A stretch of 64,000 nt of DNA, taken from the NCBI GenBank assembly GCA_030248215.1, contig JASANG010002792.1:124001-188000 (forward strand). The letters are read 5' to 3'. The notes under the pieces are model-generated. The model did no database searches, had not been told where the DNA came from, and was given only the letters and a program-made list of their open reading frames with translations. The translations under genes and the position numbers were made by a program. Numbering within the stretch: position 1 is the first letter of the stretch; each line of letters starts with the position of its first letter. This stretch comes from Enoplolaimus lenunculus. Lineage: Eukaryota. Shown here in pieces: positions 1 through 13,058 of the stretch.

Positions 1-699
1 GGAATAGTTGGTTTAGGCACTGTTGGATTGGCACTAAAATCGACCCTTACATAGTTTGATACAATAAATCTCACGTGCCAGGGTTCCATCGGAATTCAAA
101 AATACGGAAACGGAAACCGAAAAAAGTGCAATTTGCAAAATAACTGTTACAAAATAAATTTTCGGCCCAATTTCACTTTAAATATAGTCGACATACGATT
201 ATTTAACAATTGCCATCAAACATGTAAAGTATGCAACGTTAAGAGGCTGCTTTTGTTGAAACCGCTATCGCAAAGACAGTTTGGGAAATTTTATATTTCG
301 CAATCGTTTTGCAGATTTTTCTATTTTGCCGAGGGGCCAAAATTCTAACCAGCCCGCTATGCTTTTGCCCTTTTCAACGCTGTAAAGAACTTTTGGACTT
401 AGTGGCGAAGCCTTGCAGCTTCATCCCTCTGCTAACCATTTGTCGCGGCTCTAGAATTAGTAGCAATAACGTCGTAACTGTGAATGAGCATAGAAAGTGG
501 CTTTGCTTGTGCCGTCTGATATTCAACGGCTTAGCATCGCATTCAATCTTCGTGGAAAATACTTTCACTCAAGCTAAACAAAGGTTGTAGATTGTAATTT
601 AAGTCATATTGACTTTAGTGGTCTCCCGACAATTGACAATTCATCGCCTGACAACTCGTCTATCGACAACACGTACGACGAATGGTTAATACGATTTTA

Positions 700-810
700 A
701 TTGGCCCATGTATACAGCAGGGTCGGAACCGCAGTATAAGCATATTTTTATGCCTAAGCCTAAGCCTAAGCCTAAGCCTAAGCAAAAAAGTTAGTCTAAA
801 GCTTAAACAG
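700..810. repeat. Dispersed repeat carrying (GCCTAA)5 / (TTAGGC)n tract
   Basis: GCCTAA x5 at 752-781 with flanks 'cagtataagcatatt' and 'ttagtctaaagctt'. The same flanks recur at about 3090-3185 and, reversed, at 8700-8860 and 42365-42560. Looser copies at about 2360, 3400-3640, 9455-9570, 36390. Confidence 0.7.
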
Positions 811-1393
811 ACTCTATTACAGCACCGCCGGAAAACAATCCAACCCTGTTCTATAAATGCTACTTTTAATGTATAAACTTGCGCTCAGTGTGGAATATTG
901 CTGTTTTGCATATTTCGAGGTAGAGGCTGTACTTATATAAATATAGAGCGTCGATGGCAGGCTGGGATAAGCGTAGTTTGTTGTTTTCATATTTTGTAAA
1001 AGTTTTGTGTCTGACAGGACCGCAACCAGTTCATCATGCTAGAAAGATAAAAATAATTTAAGAATGAGCAAGTACTGGTTTCACAAGCCTTTCAACCATG
1101 GCTAAAATTCTAGGGGAGGGCGAAATTTTTACTGAATAGACTAATGCCCATATCCAACTCTGGCTATAAACCTCGCTAATAAAAATAGCTTTTGTGAACC
1201 AAGATTATTTTTTGACCGAAGCATGAGCGCAGCTGAAGCGAGCAAATAGTGACAACATTTGTCTGGCCCCTGAAAAAAGCTACTATTTTAGAACCATTTT
1301 TGTGTCACAATTTAGGAACACCTGCACCTTGGTTATACGATCAAAATTACACTAGATAATTAACATTAAATAGAAAATTTATCACTATATTAT

Positions 1394-2322
1394 ACTAGGT
1401 AAAAGTGCCCCTAGAAGGGACAGATTGTGATATGTTTCGCTTGAAGCATGTAAAATACTTTAAACAAGGGTTAGTTAGACCATAGATCAGTAGGTAATAT
1501 TTATAATATTAGCTCCATAACTTCTATGAAAATAGTTGTCATCTATATCTTTGACGGCTGTCTTTCAGTGTTAACACGCTTGCGGTCAGTGAAACAAGAA
1601 ACATATGGGCCCAGCGGACATCACCTATCAGCTTAATTTTAGCGTTTGTTGGGTTTTACAATGTTCAGTTTATAAGTGATCTAATCTAGCATTCTTCATT
1701 GGAAGAGGATATTTTTTGAGTTTTAAAATATTATGTTTCTAAAACTTGATTAGTAAATATTTCAATATTGCAAGATTACAATTGGGTCTATTGATTATCG
1801 AATAAAAAATGTCACGCATACGTGCTCGACAATTTTAGCTATCTTTACCATGACAATTTGATGATGTGAAGTCGAGAAACTTTTCCAAATTGTGTTCTGT
1901 GCCGTGACATATTTAAGCTATTCATCTATAAAATACAATTCAAACGTTGCTAAATATTTCAAAGAACATGTTCTGGTGGCGCTCAATTGAGATAACTTTA
2001 AAAAGTAACTGACTGTTGTACGAAAGGCATGTTGAGAGTTGTACTTTATAACGCCTTGAAAACCCATAGTGTCAATTTATAGATTAACAGATGAAAGTTC
2101 GTTGGGCCCATATGTTTCTTGTTTCATTGACCGCAAGCATGTTAACACTGAAAGACAGCCGTCAAAGATATAGATGACAACGATTTTCATAGAAATTATG
2201 GAGCTAATATTATAAATATTACCTACTGATCTATGGTCTAACTAACCCTTGTTTAAAGTATTTTACATGCTTCAAGCGAAACATATCACAATCTGTCCCT
2301 TCTAGGGGCACTTTTACCTAGT
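1394..2322. mobile_element. Non-autonomous DNA transposon / foldback element with about 220-bp terminal inverted repeats
   Basis: 1394-1613 is a near-perfect reverse complement of 2103-2322 (ACTAGGTAAAAGTGCCCC...CATATGGGCCCA). Interior is non-coding. TSD is ambiguous (TA or CTAG). Confidence 0.85.
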
Positions 2323-2868
2323 TTCTTTCTTTTACATGGGATACGGTGAGGCTTTATGCTAAGACTACTCCTAAGCGTACGCCTAAGCCTAAACAAAATA
2401 TAAGTTTAAAGCGTACACTTGCTCCTTTGCAATCCACCAAAAAGCAGCCTGTTCTAAGCTGCAATTTCAGTAGAACAAACATCGCAGGGACACGTAATCT
2501 ATTGCACGGTGTCATTAGCATCACACAATAATATCGACTAGCTATGGTAATTACATATTTGTAATACAATTCTTGAAAAATTACAAAAATCAAACTTTTA
2601 ATAACAACTTAAATGAAACGTTTAGCTGTCCAATTTGTGTATGGTGTCGAAGCGGCTAATTAGGATATTCTATACGTAAGTTACCTCATTCCAGCTCTGC
2701 TTTCCAGCAGAGAACATTCCCCAAAACTTTCAAAAAGCGTGCATTCTCGATGCTTGAAACATATATTGAAAACACTAACGTGTTTCAATGATATACTTAT
2801 TGATTTAAATATAGACAATAACTGAAAACGTTTACTTTAAAGAACATCGGTATAAAAGTTTAAAGACA

Positions 2869-5800
2869 ATGATATATTTTGTTTTGACGCATCCATTTGT
2901 TGCGGTCGCTTGTGTTATTATTGGTATTTTGCTGTGGATCACTGCCGTTCGTATGTATTTCGTTAGACCCAAGTTGCCTCCTGGTCCCTTCCCGTTGCCA
3001 TTTGTGGGCAATATGTTTGGTATGTTCGATACAATTTTTCTACGATATTTGCTCATTTCCAATGTATAGAACAATGCAGTTCTCACAGTAGTGTAAGCAT
3101 ATTCCTAAGCCTAAACCTAAACGTAAAAATGAGCGTATTCTTAAGCCTAGTCTAAAGCAAGAAATTAGTCTAAAGCTTATAAGCTTACTCAACTTGTGTC
3201 GCACAGAAAGTTGTTTACGCCATTGATGTTTACATTTTCCTGCTCAGCTATAGAAAAGGATATTCAAGTTTTTGGGGACATTTTAAAGATATTTACGTCT
3301 GGTTCAATCGTTCTTAGACAAACTGAGAAAATTAGTAACAGCGCTGTTTTAGCGTGTAAATGTGATAACGTTTTCGCCACTTCTGGAATTGCCACACATT
3401 TAGGCTTGGGCTTGGGTAAAATATCAGGCTTAAGTATAGGAAATCCTTTTCTAAAACGTAAACCTAAATCTAAAGGCGTACAAGCTGGGCGTACGTTAAT
3501 ATATATTAAGGGCGAACCATTTTTTCGCTGCACTACAAAAAATTATTTAAGAGCTTTAAATCAGCTTTATTGCTAAAGCTATGGCTTAAAGCCAGCTATA
3601 GGCTTTTACCTTAGGCATAGGCTAACGAATATGCTTAATACTACTGTTACGCCCTCGAAGAGACATTAAGGGCCAAGCTCTCGCCAACATTGGAAGGGCC
3701 CCTATCTGTGTAACTAGTGGCAATCGTATTCGAAAACTTCTTAAATGAAAAAATGAGCTTTGCTCGCGCTCTTTATGAAGTCGTCCAAATTTTTCTACTA
3801 CTTTCCCAAATTTAAAAACCAACAAAAAGTTTAAACTAAGTTTTTACATTTACGTTTATTAATTCAATCGAAGCACAAATAGACGTACACATTTTATTTC
3901 AGAGTTCAAAGGAACGAACGTTCCATTTGGCACAACCGTTGCGGGAATGGTTGCGAAATACGGAGACCCGGTGACAATTTGGCTGGGATATCGGCCGATG
4001 CTATTTCTGAACAAAACGGAATCAATTCGTGAAATCCTTGTCGATAAACCACACGATTTCCAAGGACGTCCGGAAACATTTTTTGGTAACAATCTGTCAC
4101 TAGTGAATGTGGTTGTAACATTTGCTATCGTACTTGTTATCGTATTTAAGCTAGCATCAATTTGATGCCTTTGCCTTAAACGTTTCGCACCTTCTTATTG
4201 ATATATATTCGAGCAAGTTATGTAAATAAATTTTCATATATGCGTATACTGTTTATGTTTCAAAACATGGAAAGAAAAATTGGAAAGCTGTCCTAAATAC
4301 GTATGTGGGACGTTCCGGTTTTGCAGCTGGCTATAATAGCTGTATCGGCTTGATACGGCCTAATCACGCGAAATCTTAAGTTAACGCATTTTTCACTGAT
4401 TCAGTGACATAACCGTAATGATAAAAACATATAAATTCTTCTGAACGCGCAAAATGTTTCCAACACGCATTACGGATCGAGTTTTCCGGGCATATTCCCC
4501 CAGGCGTCCGGTCCCCTCCTATGACGAAGAAAGATGGATGGTATCTGCGGAAGTGACTACTGGCGCGCCGTTACCAAAGGGCCTGAGCTGGGCACGTTTG
4601 TTAAGAATTGCTTTCAGGTGAATTGTTTGTCAAAGATTGTCCCGATATTGTGTTTGGACAGTACAACGACGTATGGCATTTTCACAAAAAGCTTGGAGTG
4701 AAAGCTGTCAGGTGCGTGTACTTATAATATAAATTAGCTTCCATTTTGTTTTTGCCAGCTCACAAAAACTATAGCCTTCAAACGCTATTGAATAAGAAAT
4801 ATTAACCCGGCGCGAGGTTTACACTGCAAAAAATGGTGAGTCAAATTGACTCTCTCCGAAATAGGCTTTTCCTGACTACTACGCAAACTGAGTCAAAATT
4901 CGACTCTGCCAGAGTCAAATTCGATTCACTCGTAACGGCGCAATATCGATACTGGCTACCATCTTTATGCATCCTTATGTTTATTCTATGATTTATAGAA
5001 ACAGATCATAAAAATTGTTTCTGAATGAATGAACCTGAGAGACAACTTATTGTTGTCTTTTAAATAACGGCCTTTGTACACTGTTTACCCAACGGCCTAT
5101 TCTCAAATGAGTGTAGCGCCTATTATTACTTGATGGTAGGTCTTGTAACTTATTATTTAAGTAGAATGGAATGCACTTAAAGTTCAGAATTTAGCACATT
5201 TTATATGCGCAGAATTTATGATTAATATACTGCTAAGTTTTAGTTCTTTTGAAGACGTATTTAGTAATTCTTAATAGGTGTTGCATTAAATTTTCTGAAT
5301 ATTTAACAGTCAGCTAGCGTTACACACAGCTGAGAATGCGCATCTGCGATAATACAAACCGAAACAGCCTACCTTTATTCATTTCGCTAGTTGTTATTTT
5401 TAGGAGCATTGTTGATTCAACTAAACTGGCGTATCAAATTAACGAAGTCGTCGAAACAGCAATCGATCGAATGACGTGTCAATCAGAACCAACACTGCTA
5501 GAACCGTACACAACAAACATTGTTTTCAATGTTCTTTTCGCATTCTGTTTTGGAGAAAGGTAAACATCAGAACCGGAAAGTTAAAAATACCGTAACCGGA
5601 AAACAAAAAATACTTGTTACCGAAAAATTCATTTTGAACGCTATTTTATCGCCTTTAAACGTGTAAGCACACCATTTAATGCCAAAATCATGAAACAAAT
5701 GCAGTAGGTGGAAACGTATGATAAATTTGGAGTATGGCACGAATTGAAAATTTTGGCGATACACGCTCAGACAATTTCATGAAAATAAGTTAGAATAAAT

Positions 5801-8800
5801 ATGCCAATTTTTCTTGCATTTTCGATTGAAGAAAATTTTCAATATCGAAATACCGGAGAATTGCGGTGAAAATACCGGTTTATTATCGAAACCGGATAGT
5901 GAAAAATAACGGATTTCCCTACCGGAACCTGAATTCCGTTGCACCTTGGTTGCAGTGTGATACAAGGTATCCCGTGAGGCTTTAGTGCTTTTTCGACTAT
6001 ATATCTGTATATGTATGTAAGTACCTATGTATCCGATTCACTGGCTGATCGTAATGGAGGCCAATGAAGCCGCGACCTAAGGGCTGTCCCGTCAAGTGGC
6101 CCTTGACGAGTGCTTTAACTATAGAAAATTTTAAATGGAGAAATATTTTACCCATGTTTTTAAGTGAACCTGATTTACAGTCCGCGAGACAAGTCGGCCT
6201 CAGGACCCGGTTGGGTGATGATCCACCCCTGTAGTTTCGTCCTTAATTCTAGTAAATCCACTACAGGCTCTATTTTAGTCATCAGCCGAATCGCGTGTCT
6301 ATAGAGATTTCAGTTTGCCAATGAACGATCCAAAATTTCAACGCAGAATCGAACTTCGGCAAGAATCAATTGAACTTTCAAAACGAGCTGCGATACTCGA
6401 AATAGTGCCGTTTCTGTCTAAATTTGTTCCAATATTAGGTATTATTTACGTTGAACGATGTACTGGTTTAGAGGATTCATATAGTTTTCGGCGACCCTGT
6501 TTAATGTTTTGTGTATATAAACTGAGGCTAGTTGTAAGCATGGGGTATTCGTATTAGCTTCATTAACCTATATTTCAGGCAAAATATTTAAAAATTTCAA
6601 AACAAATTGAGGGAATACCGGTCGCTGAGTGTCAAATTATGACAGGTTTGGCTTACCTAAAAATATGACACTGTCATATTGTTGACGTAACTTTGCGCTG
6701 AGACTCAGGTTAATATGCTCGCTTAGCATGCGGTTACGAACCGTACCGTTAATCATTATTTACATATATCGAGTGGTAAACAGATAATATAAATATCCTG
6801 TTGTTTTTGTACATATTTTGAATCTGTCCGGTGTTCGTGGCTTATAACTGCTGCAGTTGTTTTACAATGAAATGTAGCAAAATATCCATTGGAGAGAAAA
6901 TATCATGGGTGGCAACTCACATGGCCATAAGACACAAAATTCTATAGAGGCATTAGAGCTGCACGCTATCTACCCGCGCGTACCTGCGGGTAAACGTGAG
7001 ACGAATAAGAAAATTTTGACACATGTATACCCGCGGGTAAACAACTTCAGAGTGCAGGGAAAGATTTGTTAATCTTCTTTGTCCATGTAAAATTTTCATA
7101 AGAAACTTGAAACCAGATACCGTAGATAAACTGGAATTTTTAAACTCTGAGTGAAAAATGAGTACCGAGTAACATCAGCGCAGCGCACTGTAAAATTACA
7201 CAACTGTATTGAACGCAGAACGAAACAAGGCGGGCAAAATAGTGGGCAAAAGTAAATGAATTTTGTGCGGGTAAAAGCGATTGCCAAATACAAGTTAGTT
7301 GATATCTGCTGAAACCACTATAGTAAAACTGAATTCGGTGTTGTCGTATATAAAACCCGAGTTAGAAAAAATTTGTACAATTTATAGTGCATATATATTA
7401 TTTTACAGCTAAATGCATTCCTTATATCAAACGATTTCAAGATTTGTTTAACGAACAATTACAATTTGCAAAAGATCGATTGAAAGAGCATCAAGTTGAA
7501 TTTAATCCAGGTACTGTAGTGACCCGAATAAGAGGGGGGCTGATATTTATACGGCCTCTCCAGAGGGTACCCTCCTGTTATTCAATTACGGACTGTTATT
7601 TATTTTTAACCCGCTTTTCGATGTACTTCTTTAACATCCGCTTACGGAGTCTTATTAGGGATACGGACTCCTATTGATCGGGACTCAAAATGGGGACTCC
7701 CCTCCCCTTTTATTACCCTCCCCCTCTTATTCGGGTCAATACCTACAGTAAAACTGCTTGCGGCAACATGGGAACGATTTTTTCCAGCGGTGTCAAATAC
7801 AAGGTCAACAGCTAGCCACAAAACAGAGGGGCCATAAAATGCAATAAAGAACCATATCTATGCAATCAATTGCGCAAAATGTGTATAAACGCAAAACTTC
7901 AGTTTTGGTTCGTTTTCTGGAGTGTTGGCCAAAAGTACAAATTTGACATTTCGATTGTCGTACGATCTCCTTATTATTAAAAACAAAGTTTACTACTGGC
8001 GTGGAACGCCGCCCAAAATACGTATGCGGGGTGGTCCAGCTTTAATAATAAAATTATGTTTATAACCTACAGATGCAGAACCCAATGATATTTTGGATGC
8101 AATGCTGTTAGAACAACATGAACAGCGGGCGAACGGCGAAGTCTCGGCAAAATTGACTGACAGTCATTTGGCAATGATTATTTTAGATGTGTTCGAAGGT
8201 GTGCAAAAATAGTTTTTGAAATATGTATTGGTCATGATGGTTAATTAAACATACGTTCTAGCAACTTGTCGTTTACAACTTTATTTTTTCTGCCTTTGTC
8301 ATGCTTTCAGATTTGTCTTCTCCTGGCGGTAAAATAATTGACCACACACACTCACTACCAGAGTGTAACCGGATATCCGTTTCCGTTTCCGGTAAGATTC
8401 GGTATCCGTTTCCGGTTTCGGTTGTTTCCTTCATGAAAAACCCGAAATTTCGTTATTTTGCGCTCAAAATTACTTTATTACAGATTTGTTGTAATTGTTC
8501 GAAACGAAATATAAATTACGAAATTCTATCCAAAATCTTAAAAATTCCCGTTCATCCGCCATTTTTTATCTGAAATTTTAGAAAGCCCGGCGAGTATTTT
8601 TATCTACTTCAATATCCGTTTTCCGTTTCCGTTATTTTGATCACTATTCGTGGCTCATGTAAAGATTAAGGGCGGAACGTTTTTCTGTGGAACTAAAATA
8701 GAGCAAGCTTAAGCTTTAGACTATTTTTTTTTGCTGGGCTTAGGCTTAGGCTTAGGAATAAACTCATTGTTACGTTTAGGCTTAGGCTTAGGCTAAGGCT

Positions 8801-11800
8801 TAGGCTTAGAAATATGCTTATAATACTGCTCCGCCCCTGTTCTTTTACATTGGCCCTATTCGTTTGCCACCTGCTCAGCACATTATAATTTAAGCTCAGT
8901 GGATTAAAATTTATCGAAGACCTATTGCCAACTGTTACAAGTGCTATTACCCATCGGATGAGAATACGGGTCCAGAATTCAAATGACATTTTTAATTTTT
9001 ACAGCCGGAGTTGAAACAACTTCAATGACACTACAGTGGTTTTTCCTTGAAATGGTAATGGAACCTGAGATTCAAGAAAAGTGTCACCGGCTTATTATTG
9101 AGGTTAGTCTACAAAATGCCTATCAACCAGTGTGCAGTTGATTGCATTTTGAAAGAAGTCCGTCCACTAAGAGAATAGGAGGCATTTCGAGATTGGGAGA
9201 ATGGAAGATTGCCACACTGAAATATTTCGACGCCTGGAGCCCGACTGTCTGGAAATAGCAGTCCTGTATAATTAACACCTGTGTGCAGAGCATTTTGTTT
9301 GCTGCTTAAATCGAAACTGTCTATTAAATACACAGGAAAGTTTTCTACGGATGGGCTTTCCTCGGGAAGGGAATGTATGATGGAGTCGTATTCATACAAA
9401 TTCGACCGACGATCTTGTACATTTCCTCCTACATTTACAGTTAAAATGGTAACTTTAGGCTTAAAACTGCAATGTTAGGTTTAGACAAAGGCTTTGACAG
9501 AAGTACAGGGTCAGACTTTATGTTTAAGTAGGCATAGTGAAGACTTACACCCAAGCCTAAGCTTAAGCGATGCGGGATGATTGTACAATTGTCACGACCG
9601 ACTTCCTGTTCCCAAGAGGGGCTGTGACAAAATTTCCATCTTTCTGCACACTCTAAAAGTTTTCGGCCCATTTTCCGGTGAAGAAAAAAATCAGATTTAT
9701 GTTATATGTATTTAAATCTTACAAAATGAGCACATGTGATGCAGTTAATGCTTACGTACCTATGAGACATAAACAGTAGACCCTTTTTGCGACAAAACGC
9801 CTGTTTAATGAATAAGCGAAATTAAAAGCAGTGGCGCTCGAACTAAATTAAAATTTGCTGGCGCTACTTGGATATTTAAATTATTTTAAAAAATTTTATT
9901 CATTTCGAAAACGATACTTATCTTTAAATGAAAAATTTATTTAGGAATAACGGCTGGTTTTCGGTAAATAACACTTGAGAGCACAAGCGTAGCATTAAAG
10001 GTTTTGAAGAAACGTTAGTTTAAGCTCAAGTTTAAAGGGTCTCGTTATCCTTTTTGAATTTTAATGTCTCGTCGACGTCCGCTGCCGTAGGTACGTCGCC
10101 GTTTGCTATCATAACGCGGATTGCTCGCGTGCCATAGCGCACTGTTACAAACACTAACGAACAGCGCCGAATAATAAGTACATGAGGCCACTCTAAGCCG
10201 AAAACTATACCTTGTGGGCCAATGTATATAGCACACTAGCTTTCCATTTGCCGATGTCGAAAACTTATGTACCAGAACTACAGTAAAGCCACTGCAGTAT
10301 GATGGCTGGGAATTCAGACGCGTGAATATTTGCAAGTTCGATAGGAAAAGTTAGAGGTTTAAGGAGGTTCGGAAGCCAGAAAAAGTGGAAAAGTTAAATA
10401 GGTTTTCTCTACGTCTAGTAGAATAGGAATGGTAAACGCCTAGATTTTCTCTTGGTTGGTAGGGCAAATCTGCATTAAAGTTTCCCTACCTAACCATGGA
10501 AAACCTATGTTTTAAATTTTCCACTTTTCCGTTTTCCAAACAAAACCTATGTTTCGGATTTTCCCTACCAACCAAGGAATAATCTAAGCGTTTAAATTTT
10601 TCACTTTTACCGTTTTCCAAACAAACTTTACAGTACAGATTTTTCCAACCAAAGTTTGGAATATCCAGGCTTCCGAATTTCCCACTTTTCTCAGCCACTT
10701 ATGCTTGTAGTTTTTCCTCCCAAGCCAGCGGAGTTCCCTGCCGTCATACAAGAGTGGCTGCGCAGCACTGCTGGTCATAAGGTTTCCACCTTGAAAACTG
10801 GAAACCCCAGTGCTATACATGGACCACTTGGTGTGTACAGTGAGTACTTATGTAAGTAATAAGCAGTGACCTAAAACTTTATTTTAGGCAATCGGAACAC
10901 GAGCCCCAGCTTTATCAGATCGCAAATCGTTACCGTACATCGAGGCGTGCATCTTGGAGACACTGCGAGTTCATCCAGTGGCACCAATGGGGGTTCCAAC
11001 CACGCCGAGCATTAAAAATGCTCGCTACAGTAACATACATCATTTTCTACTAAATAAATATTTCCATTTGTTTAAATTTCGAGGGAATTACATGAATTCT
11101 GACTCACTATGATCAATCACTGAGAGAAATGTTTATTGTCCAATATTGAACACAAATTAGTAATCAAGATCCTGAACTATATCCACCATCAAATATATAT
11201 TTCACCCAATAATTTGTGTTCGAAACTTTTAAGCATACTTACGTTTTGAAAGTACATCCCTAAGTATAACCTTGCATTATCACTCAAACTACTGACACAA
11301 GAGACGTTTAATTCAAAGGATAACTGCAGTACCGGATACATATCAGTAACGAAGAGTGGCGGAGCGTGGTTTAAAAATAAATAACAGACCGTAACCGAAT
11401 AACAGAGGGTACCTTCTGGAGGTCAAATAAATATCAGTCCCCCACTAAATCGAGTCACTACAGTACATGTATGTACTAATTGTTTGAAAAATACTGTGAG
11501 TTGTGGTACATAAGTGTAAAATTAGCGGTGCCATAATGCATTCAATATGTGCAGAAAAGCGTTATCTGAAATTTTTTCAACTTATGTATATATTGTTTTT
11601 AGAAAATTATCAAATCCCTGAAGACACGATGATTGTCACAAATTTAATGGCTTTGCACTATGACCCGACTTACTGGAAAGAGCCTGAGGTAAGATTTAAA
11701 AAATCGGGCGGGTCCGGTTCCGACAGAAAATCGACTTTCGGTGCTGGTTGAAACTTTACCAGAGCTCCAGTAATTTTGGTAATGAATTTTTTCGATTTTA

Positions 11801-13058
11801 CGAGTTATGAAAATCATCTTATCTTTGACCACAAGGGAGCAATCGGAACCAAATTTTACGGAGCGGGAGCTAAAGCGAACATAGGTAAAATGACGTTCAA
11901 TCTGCTAATTATCAAATATCTGTATATATTGTTAAACCTTTCGGTTTTCTGTTTATTTTCTACGAAATTGGGGGTAACACGATTTTTCTTCGCCTCCGAT
12001 TCCATTTCCAGTACATTTTGCCGTTTTCCCCTGCGGTATCGCCGTACAGACAGTTCATACTTTCTGCAGATTTTAAAAGTTATCGAGTAACGTTGAATTT
12101 CATTAAATACCGTCAAGCAGGGTGCAACCGGAATTACAATTTACCGGAACCGGAATTTGAAAATTTTACCGGAACCGGAAAGTGAAAAATGCATTTCACC
12201 AAAAATTTCATTTTAATCTTATTTTTTGCTCTATTATTTGTGAAATAACCTTAGTCGAACATAGGTATTTATTTTATCTGTTGTATTTTAGATTTTCATC
12301 ATCGAATGAAGTGAAATCTACCATTAATGGCTTATATTCGGAGTACAAGTGGCTTTCAAAAGAGATTTTTAAAAATTAGCAAAGTTAAGAAAACGGCCAA
12401 ATTATAATACCGGAATTTTTAAATCCGGTAAAAATTTACCGGAACCGGAAGGTGAAAAAATGCCGGAACCGGAATTCCGGTTGCACCCTGCCGTCAAGGT
12501 CTATGACACGTTCTTTTTTTGGCTGGTTGGCGACCGAAGGAACTAAAAATTTTAAAAGATTCAAATAATTTCTAGTAGCGGAAGTTGCGACGCATCGAGG
12601 TTAACTTCTATACGCCGATTTGTATGCGACCGTCTTGCACAGTAGAAGGTGAACGGTAATTATATATTTGCAGTTTGATTTAACTGTAAAATAGTTCAGA
12701 TTTACGAATCAACTATTTTACCAAAGATATAAAAGACAGTCACAATTGAAGTTTTAATTAAAAGCTCTTTTGCTTTAATATTTTGTAGATATTTAATCCG
12801 ACACGATTCTTGGATCCGGTAGATGGCGTAGTGATGAAACCGCCGTACTGGCTACCGTTTGGCTGTGGAAAACGCGTTTGCATGGGTGAAGCACTAGCGA
12901 AAAATGATTTGTTCCTGATTGTTACGGAACTACTTCAAAAGTGCCAGTTTTTGCCGGCGCCAGGTCAAACATACTCGCGGCGTATTGAAATGTCTGATTT
13001 CAATATTTTGCCGGAAGACAACAATCCGGTCATTGTGAAACGACGAGAAAATTATTAG
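2869..13058 (+). CDS. Cytochrome P450, clan 2 (CYP1/CYP17/CYP2-like), 11 exons, about 510 aa
   Basis: Exons with GT-AG boundaries and consistent phase: 2869-3019, 3903-4085, 4618-4711, 5404-5559, 6314-6438, 7409-7510, 8073-8198, 9005-9102, 10888-11029, 11603-11688, 12789-13058 (1533 nt). Motifs: N-terminal TM anchor + PPGPFPLP, I-helix FEAGVETT, K-helix ETLR, FNPTRF, heme motif [10 protein letters not shown]. Confidence 0.95.
7514..7748. mobile_element. TA-flanked MITE (Tc1/mariner-like), TIR CTGTAGTGACCCGAATAAGAGGGG
   Basis: TIRs at both ends (right one imperfect), flanked by TA on both sides. Family copies at 37626-38072, 41104-41484 and a reversed end at about 11463. Confidence 0.7.
12118..12490. 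mobile_element. hAT-like MITE, TIR CAGGGTGCAACCGGAATT
   Basis: Perfect TIRs and 8-bp TSD CCGTCAAG (12110-12117 / 12491-12498). Lies in P450 intron 10. Confidence 0.9.

Noticed and set aside
133..876. Short ORFs at the window start and LSLSLS/PEPEPE-type ORFs elsewhere
   Set aside because: No recognisable motifs. They derive from hexamer repeats or chance open frames.
12182..12379. Repeated 65-aa [14 protein letters not shown]... (also at 20759 and 23896)
   Set aside because: It lies inside MITE copies. The recurrence reflects the repeat, and it has no transposase motifs.
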